DNA of 63,772 bases, the filler included, from Stramenopiles sp. TOSAG23-2 (taxonomy: Eukaryota), in NCBI GenBank assembly GCA_900128395.1. It is 9 parts of 9 records of this genome, joined end to end, with 100 filler letters (N's around TTAATTAATTAA, not from the genome) between each part and the next. Parts side by side here need not be neighbours in the genome. Positions count along the whole stretch, not along the records: positions 1 to 11,457 come from LT649934.1; positions 11,558 to 22,978 come from LT649935.1; 7 more parts are not named here. One strand, 5' to 3'. This document shows, piece after piece, positions 9,470-20,100 of the stretch (position 1 is its first letter; each line of letters begins with the position of its first letter). The notes under the pieces are model-generated. The model saw only the letters and a list, made by a program, of their open reading frames with translations, searched no databases and had not been told where the DNA came from. Made by a program: the position numbers and the translations under genes.

Positions 9470-10000
9470 TTAACACTCAGAAAGGGTTAAAAAAAATACC
9501 GAATATTAAAGTTAAATAATTATTTGATAATTTTGCTTCCCGTGGTAAATACTATGCTCAAATACTCTATCATGTGCATATTTCATAATATATAGAGAGC
9601 GCTGACTCAGCCCTCTCATATATACGAGTACACGAGTAAATTTGAGTGTAACATTTAAATCAGTTTTGATTTGAGATGTTAATTTTCGGGAGTAAAAGAA
9701 ATTTATAATACTTATAGTATATATATTTTTAATTAATCTACTCATATATTAATTTATAATATATGAGTAAGAGAAATAACACATATTTTATCATTACGAA
9801 TATAATATATACTTTAATTGCATGTGGTGATTAAATACACTCTCTGATAAATGATTATTTTATACCCGCCACCGAACTTTTTTTAGAACAGCAACACGCG
9901 CGAGGGAATGATTTTTATATATATTTTTTATTAACTGAATATAAAAAATGCATATTTGATAAAAAAAATAGACTTTCTCACTACGTGTGTTTATCTTTTT

Positions 10001-11457
10001 TTAATAATCAAAAGTATACGTCTCATCAAAGTTTGACATACGATCAACAACATCTTCATCATTTTCAAACATATCAAATGCATCATCATCGCCTTTAGGC
10101 AATAAATTTCTAGGAATACCACTTGAAGTTTTTTTTCCATTTAAAAAATGACGATCGCTACCGTCCTTTCCCCAGCCATTGCCATATGCATGAAAACCAC
10201 CAAATGCACTTTTAATTTTTCTACCTTTATATACAACAGTGTCAGAGCTATCAATGGCATAATTTGTAATTTGTCTCCATTTTTCACTTCTCAATACTTT
10301 CAATCGACCAAAAATACTTTTCATTTTAGCACCATTAAAATAGGCATTGCCACTTGAATCCTGGGCATATCCAGCTCCTAACACATTTAACCTGCCAAAA
10401 ACACTATTTAATTTCATCCATTGCTTAGTATTTTTAAAACCATTTGCGTAGAAATAATCATCAAAATTATTTTTGAAATAACCCTGACCTAATGATTCAT
10501 AACCTTCACTTTTATATGAAAGATGCCTAGCAGTTGCATATTGCGGCTCATGACCATCTTCATCTAAATTTACAGATAATTTTTCCCCTTTTTCATTATG
10601 CCAAGACGCAATTGTTGCTCTTCCGTATAGACAGCAGCTACCCATCCACCCATATCTTTTTCTCCTTCTGGTGGTTCTATCATTCCTCTTGTCCATTCTG
10701 GCCCTATTAATCCTGTACGCATTAAATTTCTCTTCTTATTCTTGTTGTTATCAATCGATTGTTGACGATCTATCATACGCCTACCACGTGATTCATATAT
10801 TTTACTTTCATCTGATGTTGCTGACCATAGCGGATTATTTTGATGATTTTTTAATATATGTGGATTGTTTCGATTATAATGACTTATTCGTTTCAAACTT
10901 GGAAATGAAAATGTTAAGTGTGATTTTTTATCGATAATTTGCTCATTTTCCTCCTCCTCATCATCATCATTATTGGATAATCTTCTTCGCAACTTTACAT
11001 CTTTGCATTTACATGTTTTTGAACAACCTACACACTCTTCAAAACAACCAACGCATGAACCAACACACGTTTTCTGGTTTGAATTCATATCATCCCAACC
11101 ATCTTCATCGTCATAAGTAACACGACATTTATGTTTACACATAGTATGATGGCTTGTATCAACAGACGTTAATCTTCTTCTTCTTCTTCGCCTACGATCG
11201 TCATCAGTAGATACACCACATTTTGATCTGCACGACATGTAACTTGCTAATTTACGACCATGTAAATTCTTTGTAATTGCATCTTCGCTTTCCTGCAATC
11301 TTCTTCTACGACGACGACGTCGACGATCATCATCAGCTTCAGGGCAATTTCCAGCCTCACATTTTACAACATCACCATTACATTCAAATGTAGCTTTACA
11401 ACCTCCCCAAACTTTAATTTCTTTCTTTCCTTGGTTATAATTCCAGTTTATACCTTT
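10001..11457 (-). CDS. Secreted-type Cys-rich mosaic protein, 5' truncated by a gap, with a 1-nt frameshift at about 10596
   Basis: Frame open from the gap (KVWGGCKATFECNG, DUF3011/lectin-like). DDDRRRRRRRRL spacers separate Cys-rich modules. Adding one A at 10596-10597 joins ...QQLRLGI to NEKGEKL..., followed by DKNYY-like repeats (LGAGYAQDSSGNAYFNG). Confidence 0.6.
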
Positions 11458-11557
11458 NNNNNNNNNNNNNNNNNNNNNNNNNNNNNNNNNNNNNNNNNNN
11501 NTTAATTAATTAANNNNNNNNNNNNNNNNNNNNNNNNNNNNNNNNNNNNNNNNNNNN
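11458..11557. other. Artificial contig linker
   Basis: N44-TTAATTAATTAA-N44; the insert has stops in all six frames. Confidence 0.98.
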
Positions 11558-11788
11558 TATATACATTATAAGATATAATTATATTAATATATATTTAATA
11601 TACATTTATTTATTATTATTATTGTTAAATAATATATCAATAAAAAATATTATATATTATAATATACATATTATAGATATTATATCTTAACATATATATA
11701 TATACAAAGATTAACCATATTGTCTCCAACTTCTTCCGCGCATCCTTTTCTATTTTTTTGGATTCTTTCAACATCTTTATAACAGAAT

Positions 11789-13402
11789 ATGGCTGCTATT
11801 GTTCAAGATGATACACAAAAGACGTCAAAATCATTTGAGACACCTGTTGTCAAATCAGAAGGAACATTTTTTAAAGAAAGGGAAAGCTTAAAACGTGATG
11901 TGATCGATTGGACATCAGCGAATGGTCTATTAGTACGTAATAAAGACGGGATGTTTACGAATTGCCCAATTACATTAATTCCATCCACATTTCCACAGAA
12001 AGTATATGTGGAAGCTTGTGATGTGGCTATGATATTCAATCGCTTAGTAGATCGAGTTAGTCGTGATATCCCATGGCTTTTGGAGCAATTAAAAGACACT
12101 GCAGCTGGAGATGATTTTATTATGCAACAAATACAAATATGTAAAAAGGTTCATGTTGAAGATATGGAAGAAGGATCCAAAACTTGGAAAAAACAACATT
12201 TGTATTTAGGGTTGAATCGCTCAGATTATATGATTCATGATCCACCGCCCAGTGAGAAAGACGTATCCTTGTTTTCGTCCAATGAAGGGCAAGGTGGTTT
12301 TCTTCAAGTCGAATTAAATACGATTGCATCTTCATTTGGTGCTCTTTCAAATAAAACATGCGCCTTGCATAGGTTCGTGTTACAACGTTATGAGGAAGCA
12401 TCCATTGAATGCTATAAATCAATAGGTAACAATAATATCGACAGAATTGATTCAAATCGTTTACCAACTACAAACAATATTGAAATTTTATCAACAGGAA
12501 TGGCAGAGGCATTTAAACGCTATGCAAAGGAAGTTAATGAAGTTTGTAGGGATGAAAATAACCAACCAAAAGAAAATATTCCAAAAAAATATATTCTATT
12601 TATTGTGCAAGAAAATGAAACAAATACTGTTGATCAAAGAATGCTAGAATATGAACTATTTTACAAACACAATATACATGTTTTACGTCGTTCGCTGACA
12701 AATTTGTCGAAGACAGCAGAAATTGTGGTTACTAGCAACGTCCCAAAGCTATATGTTGATAATAAAACCAAGGAAATATGTGTTGTTTATTTTAGGGACG
12801 GCTATGCACCAGATGCATATCCTACAAATGCTGAGTGGGATGTACGTGAGTTAATTGAAAAATCATATGCTGTCAAATGCCCTAGTATAGCATATCAATT
12901 AGTAGGGGCAAAGAAAATACAACAGGCACTTAGCGTAAAAGGTGTTTTAGAAAGATATTTGTCTTCTAACGAAGTTATTAAAATCCGAAAATGCTTTGCG
13001 GGTTTGTATGAATTAAATGATGATAGTATACTTGCTGCAATAGAACATCCTGAACATTTTGTTTTAAAACCACAACGTGAAGGTGGTGGTAATAATTTTT
13101 ATGGCAAGGATATACCAGAACAATTGAAAAAAATGTCAAAAGTGGAACGTGGGGCATATATATTAATGCAACGGATATTTCCACCGCCGCAAAATGCGTT
13201 AATGTTAACCAAAACTGGAAAAGTAAATTCAGCAAAGGCATTGAGCGAACTTGGTATTTATGGTGCATATTTAGGTGATGGCAAATCGGAATATTTTAAT
13301 GAAAACGCTGGGCATTTATTACGTACAAAAGTTAATGGTACCGATGAAGGTGGTGTTGCTTCAGGGTATGCCGTTTTAGATTCTCCATATTTAGTAATGT
13401 AA
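11789..13402 (+). CDS. GSS: Glutathione synthetase (eukaryotic type)
   Basis: LGLNRSDYM, QVELNTIASSFG, VVYFRDGY, VLKPQREGGGNN, SELGIYG, EGGVASGYAVLDSPYL. Confidence 0.97.
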   Translation: MAAIVQDDTQKTSKSFETPVVKSEGTFFKERESLKRDVIDWTSANGLLVRNKDGMFTNCPITLIPSTFPQKVYVEACDVAMIFNRLVDRVSRDIPWLLEQLKDTAAGDDFIMQQIQICKKVHVEDMEEGSKTWKKQHLYLGLNRSDYMIHDPPPSEKDVSLFSSNEGQGGFLQVELNTIASSFGALSNKTCALHRFVLQRYEEASIECYKSIGNNNIDRIDSNRLPTTNNIEILSTGMAEAFKRYAKEVNEVCRDENNQPKENIPKKYILFIVQENETNTVDQRMLEYELFYKHNIHVLRRSLTNLSKTAEIVVTSNVPKLYVDNKTKEICVVYFRDGYAPDAYPTNAEWDVRELIEKSYAVKCPSIAYQLVGAKKIQQALSVKGVLERYLSSNEVIKIRKCFAGLYELNDDSILAAIEHPEHFVLKPQREGGGNNFYGKDIPEQLKKMSKVERGAYILMQRIFPPPQNALMLTKTGKVNSAKALSELGIYGAYLGDGKSEYFNENAGHLLRTKVNGTDEGGVASGYAVLDSPYLVM

Positions 13403-14100
13403 AATAAAGACCCTGGCACCACATGATGGTAGAATGTGTCTGCCAACCAATTTTTTATACAAAAAAATAAAAAAATATAGATATACTAGAGTGTATATAT
13501 GTATACTTCGTATTAGATACGCGCTAGTATATATATATTATATGTTATTATTTTTGTTAAGTTAATTGAATTCGTAGTAGAAAAATTTGTTTCAACAGAT
13601 GTCTTACTGCAGACGAAACTGTGTACTATAGCTGGGCTAGCTAGATGTACTGTAGTACGAGTTCGTATAAAAGTTAAAAGTACATTTACCATATATATAG
13701 TATAAATTCAATATAAAGATACAGAGTGTGTATATAAATTTACGATTTGATTTCCCTTAAAATATGCCTGGTGATGTAATTCCTCTATAGACTATCCAGG
13801 GCTCCCCCTCCCTGCTCTATCTTATTTATAATTCTAATAATAATAATCTAGTGAGAACAGCTTATTAATAATAATTATTAAAATACTGTACTTCGGTAGC
13901 ATGCCGGGCATGGTGCCATTGCTATGGATGTATAAATTCAATAATACCTGGTAAAATAGATGAATAATCTAGCACAACAATACAAAATAATAAATAAACA
14001 TAACACATATACATATATCAAAAATTAGTAGTAACAAATATATATATATCCTAGATAACAATATTATTTGCTATATGCTTAATAGCTAGATACGAAAATA

Positions 14101-17100
14101 ATGGCAGCAACATGGGGTATGAAAAATGATAAACTCACTAGCTTGCATAATCAGAACGCCGACAATATAATTAATAACTTACTATTATTTAATGAAAATG
14201 ATGAAATTAAAGTAGTGAAGTCTTTATTAGACACTCTTGTTGAAGGGAAATTTGATTTATGGACAAATTGCATTATCAAATCCCCTACTCACATACATAT
14301 AATCATTTTTGGTTTATTGCCAAGATTGAAAATGGATTTGCAAATACATTTATTAGATACATTTATCAATATTGTTGAACGCCACGTTCGGAATGCTGAA
14401 ATTTGTCGAAAATATAAGTTAACTCACCATATTATCACCATGTTATTATCGAAGGAAAAATTTGTAAAAGATATGCTTGAAAAATTAGAAAAACGGTTCA
14501 TAAGATTATTAGAAGCGATTGGAAAGCACTCTATTACAACTTTTGATTTATTCCATTATTTCCGGCCATTTTCTCATCAAAATGGCTCGCAAGTGTCTGA
14601 CGTAATAATTGATACAATGTTAGGGACTGCCATGTCTACACAACAAAATCGTCCACCACCTTGTGTAGATATGGATAGTGGTGGTTCTATTCGAAATGTA
14701 AAAAATGCAAACGATAATCATTTAAATGAAACGAGAAAATCTACCGGTAAATCTACGGCTGCGTTAGCTGCTGCAAAAGCATTTGATCAAGACAATTTTG
14801 ATTCATTCCTTACAACAAGTACTCCAAATGAAGATACTTCAAATAGCAACAAAAACAATAATTATAGTAATTATAATAACCATAACAATAATAGAAAATC
14901 TCATGTAAATATCCATCTTGAAAAAGTCAAAGCAATTGCTAGCAAATTAAATATTATTTCTCAAAATGGAATAGTAATTTTACCAAATATTCGTTCATGG
15001 CCATCTAGTGGTTATACAATTTGTCTATTTTTGCGACCAGAAGGTGTTGTTGATAGGGTCTCTGATCCACTTTTTATATTTCGTGGTAAGGAAGGCCACG
15101 GCGTTTCTGCTTATATAGTTGGAAGACACTTACTGTTGAAGACCATGAATGGAAAAGGGAATGATGTTGAGGTGTTAGTTGAAAATATCATAGATGCAAG
15201 AAGATGGAGGTGGTTATGTATTACACATGTATCCCGTGCGCTATGGCGAAGTAAAATATCTGTATTTATTGATGGCCAAAATGTATTTTCAAAACGCCAG
15301 TCTTACCCCGTTGCAGCATCAATGACCCCACTTAATGCATACATCGGCGGCTTTCAAGGTCAGATGGGTCCTATTTTGGTATTTAATACAGCAATATCAG
15401 ATGCTCAGGTACAAAATTTATTTCATTTAGCTAGTAATCCAAGATTTTCTGTTGGCCCGCCACCAAAGCATTGGAGGCGTGGTTTTTTTCACATTGTTTC
15501 AATTCCATCGCCATCTCCCTCGTTTTTGGCATCTTCTCCTAATAAAAAAATAAATGCAGGAAACAATAGTCCAAAACTTTTGCCAAGGCGCAATAAAACG
15601 GGTATAGATGAAGGTGAGGTACTGTGGAAATCAATATACGATAAAATTATATTTGCATATGATCCTAGACACCGCGTACGACATCGTGGTGAGAATGATA
15701 CTGTAATACAATTACTAGATTTAAGTTGTAATGGTTACAATGGCACGTTGCTGTCGCCAGATCAAGGAACGCGCTTAATTTCCACTAATTTTTTATTGCA
15801 AGATGCAGTAGCATGTGGCGGCGGAGCATTTTGTTTATTTTTACCATTGTTACTTCCTGCTGTACAAAGTGGCAATGACTTTAATTGGCCACTTCATGTG
15901 GTTGATCATGTAAAGTGTGTCACGCCTAGTAGATTTGTTAGAATAGTGAGGCTTTTGTCTGCTTTGTTGCGGAATTCAGATACTAACCTTGTTCAATTAA
16001 GTATATCGAATGGTGTCAACATTTTGTCTTGGATTTTAAAAAATAGTGATACGAATATGATAACATTAGATTTATGGAGTGCAATAAATGAATTAACAAA
16101 TGTAGTTATTCATGGACCAGATCATGCAATGGCATCAGATGCTGTTTCAAGATTGATGTTTAATCTTCAAATATGGTCCTTGGCTACGTTTGAAATTCAA
16201 AGTCAAATTCTAAGCGCACTCCAGTCTAAGCTCTCTTTAGCTTCTTATGTTCTTCGGTCCTCACTTGTACAAAGCTTTTTGGATTCCTTGAAATTGATTT
16301 ACAAACTACGTCCGGCAATGACTAATCGGAATAGCAGTCATTCTACTGATACACATGGTATTTCAGACAGTCAATATTGCTCGCAGGCATGCAAAGGATT
16401 CTCTAGAGATGAACTCTTTGCAATGCGACGAGGTGTCTTGACTTTGATAGAAACATTAGTGACAGAAGATGAAGATAGGAACCTGAATGTTCTATATGAC
16501 CATATTGTAATTCTTCTCAGTTCTGTTCGTGATCGTAAGGTTGTTGTAAATTCAAAAGACATACTTGAATTATTGGTAAATCTGATGGCTCGTTCGGAAA
16601 GGCTACCAAATACTTTACGGTGTCTTGTTTATGCAGCGGCTGGTCAGTGCTTTGTGATGCTCTTAGGTTCCAATGATGAGCATGTTAGGAAATATGGATT
16701 AAAATTGACTCATTTATTATTTGCACAACGTAGACTATATAATCTTAAACAACTTGTGAAAAATAAAGATTCTGGAAATAGCAACAATCCATTGCAGCAA
16801 GACCAAGAGGAAGACAACGAGTTTTCTCAATTAAGACGACAAAAAGGTATGGTTGCTGTCGGGTCTGGCAACGATTATGGCTATCAAGGAAAGTTAAGTG
16901 AGCTTGTTGCCGCTGAAATGAAATATAATTTGTTGCAAAATCCTTATACAATTTCAACCCATATTGGATTAATGGAATTCTTATGCTCTTCTAAATTAGA
17001 AAATCATCTTGTAAAAAATGGGAAACAATATGTAAGTTCGTTACAAAGTGAACATATACATGAAGAAACAAGCTTAGTTTTGGATATTATATTGGAATTA

Positions 17101-20100
17101 ACGATGAAGTCAGATACGTCAAGTAAAATGAAACTAATTGTGCTTCGTGATCTGTGTATTTTGGTACGCGCCAATAAAAGAAATAGAGAGTTGATACGGC
17201 AAAACCCTTTGTATTTAAAGAAAATTATTAGTTTATTGTACGGGGCTTACCATTTTGTAGCGGAGGATAATACTGTTGAAAATGGTCAAAAACTCAACAA
17301 AAATAGGACAATTAGCGATCAAACAAAAAAATCTTTTATTAAAGCACTTTTAAGCCCCACCCAATCTGTGCAGAGCATAGCTTTGTGGATGGATAAATTG
17401 GGAACAATGCAGCCTGAGGAGGCGTGGGATGTAATCTCTGAAATTTTACGGAAGGCGGGCTCTAAATTACAATCTATTAAAGTTCATGTCTATGAAATCA
17501 TGGTAAATTTTGTCACAGAACAATTACCTAGTAAAGTTCCAAATCTTATTTATGAATTTATTATGTCAATAATGGTGGAAATTATTGGTTACAATTGGAT
17601 ATCACTTGAACATTTATTAGTGTCTTTGAAACAAACAAGTGAAGATTATAACAAAGATTTGGCTAAAAATATTGACTCTCCTGAGAAGAAAAATTTAAAT
17701 GTTGGTAAAACTTACTTTAAAACAATTTTTTCGGGAGAGGAGGCTGTGAAAACGTTTTTTCGACAAATAATTTTACGTGTGCTAAAAAGGACTTATAATT
17801 TAGCTAAGCATAAGTTGATTGTCCCAGAAAGATTGCCGAAAGATGGCGCATTGCGATGGGATGGGGCTAGTAAAGCTGCTAAAACTTGGAACGATGTTAT
17901 CCTATTATTGCATTCTACAACAGATTTCGTTCTTGGCGATACCTGGGGAAATGCTAGAAGCGTTGAAACCAATGCTGATGATGTAGAGTTGATTAGTGCT
18001 ACTTTATTGCTTTGGGGTGCGTTAGCTGGCGATTTAGGTTCTAAGCCAGGTTCTGGTGTTGATGAAATTCCCGATGAAGGTTCCCACAATGCAAAGACGG
18101 ACAAGACATATCCATGTACCATTTCAGGAATAATACGTCCGTTGTTTCCAAATGTAGTCCAACGATTGTTGCAATTAGTATTTCATATGCTTCAAATTGA
18201 TTGTCAAGGTATAGAGGCTTTGGGGGCATCAAAAGAAGCTTTTCGGTTCCAACAGTCTGCTGTTCATATCGCTAGTATATTACAACGACTATTGCATATG
18301 ATAAACGTTTTAGACCATGGTGTAAAAAGTGAAGAAGAAAATGAAGACAACGCATTGACTGAGACTCGTGAGAGAAATCAAAAAGTCCTCCTATGGATGA
18401 TACCAATATTACATAGTTTAATATTACGTGTAAGGGGAATCGAAATTTCCATATCAAACGAAGATCCAATTGTCCTTTTTCGGCAAAAAATGGTTGAAAT
18501 AATTGGTGACGTGATTACGTCAGCAGAAGAAATACTTAGACGTAAAGGTGGTGATAAGTTATTTGAAAGTTTAGTAGATTCCCCATTATCAAGTGCTAAT
18601 TTAGATACCAGATTATCAGAGTGGGAAATGTACTTGTGCAATCCAATGTTTTTGAATACAAAAATGAAATTTGAAGAAACAATTGGTACATACAGAAAGC
18701 AACTAAATAATTATCAAACCGAATTATTACGGATATATAAGACTTTAGAGTTGGAAAATGAACTTATTAACGATGATGCAATGGAAAGAATGGCAAATGG
18801 GGAATGGAAAAAAATATTGTCTCAGCACGAAAATGATGACCTGCATCGATTACGAAATAAAGCAAAATTTGAGGCTTGGAAAGATCACAGTGCGAAACGT
18901 CAATCATTTAAAATTTTAAATTCTTTGGCATTATCACACAATCCATGGACATGGAGGGAAACGGATTTGAATGATTCCATCGTTCATAAAAATCAAGCTT
19001 TAACAAGATGCCAATCTTTAAATGCTAGTGAAAATAAATTTCGTATGCGTGTGCGAATAGATGAATTGACAGAAGTGAAAGATTTATTAACAACAATGAC
19101 AGCATTATCGGAAAATAAGATAATGAGTGAAAGCGCTGAAACTATTGATGACATTGACGATGGTTTGCACGCATTGAAGAGTAGAAGTTCCCTGGATGAG
19201 AATTTTACATCTTCTGAATTCAGGGAAGATGATGACGGCGAGAATGATCCAAAGAGAAATTTAAGCGCGAATGATACTACCTTGGTTCAAAACTCTGAGC
19301 TATCTATTGATGCCCATATTCCAGAAGCCAAAATATTAGAGGAAAACGACGATAAATCAAAAACTGAGAAAGTCTTGGAAGCTGCTGAAATCGCATTTGG
19401 GCAATCTTCGTGGCAAAAGGGAAAGAATGAGAAGATTACATTTGGTACCATTGCTGAACTTATTCTCCCAATGTGCGTAGTGAAAGGTCGAGTAGAATTA
19501 AGTTCGGAGGCTTTGTATTTCTACGGTGAAGGTTTTGGTGGTGCGGGTCAGGATACTAGTTCAAAGCAAATTGATGCAAAAGCGTTGTTAAGGGAAAGGT
19601 GGATTGATGATGACAGCTCTAATAAATGTTTTTGCTGTCAAACGGAAATTAAATCAGGTATTATATCCTCAGGGAAACATCATTGTCGGTGTTGTGGGGG
19701 AATTTTTTGTGCTGAGTGTACCAAACATGAATGTGTTTTGCCATCCCTTGGTTTTCATGAACCCGTTCGCGTTTGTGAAAAGTGTTTTGAACGAGAGCAA
19801 AAGAAGCGCGGTGGTGAAGGTGTCTTATCCATCGTAGCACAGCATTATAGTCGAGTTTTAGAAAGTGCCACAACATCTACGTTAGAATCTTTAAAAACAA
19901 GGCGCATATTATTAAATGATATAATTGACATAAGAGCTCAAAGGTATTTACTGCGACCTTGTGCTTTAGAAATTGTTGCCAATGAGCGTCGCACGGCATA
20001 TTTATTTAATTTTGTTCGAGGGAAAACAGATACAGAAAGATTTTTTCAAAAATTAATGTCCCATAAACCACTACAGCTAGCATCCTTTGGTTTGTTTGGT

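Noticed and set aside
11502-11513. TTAATTAATTAA as piggyBac TTAA sites or a biological repeat
   Set aside because: It is identical in all eight N-flanked joins and is an artificial six-frame-stop linker.
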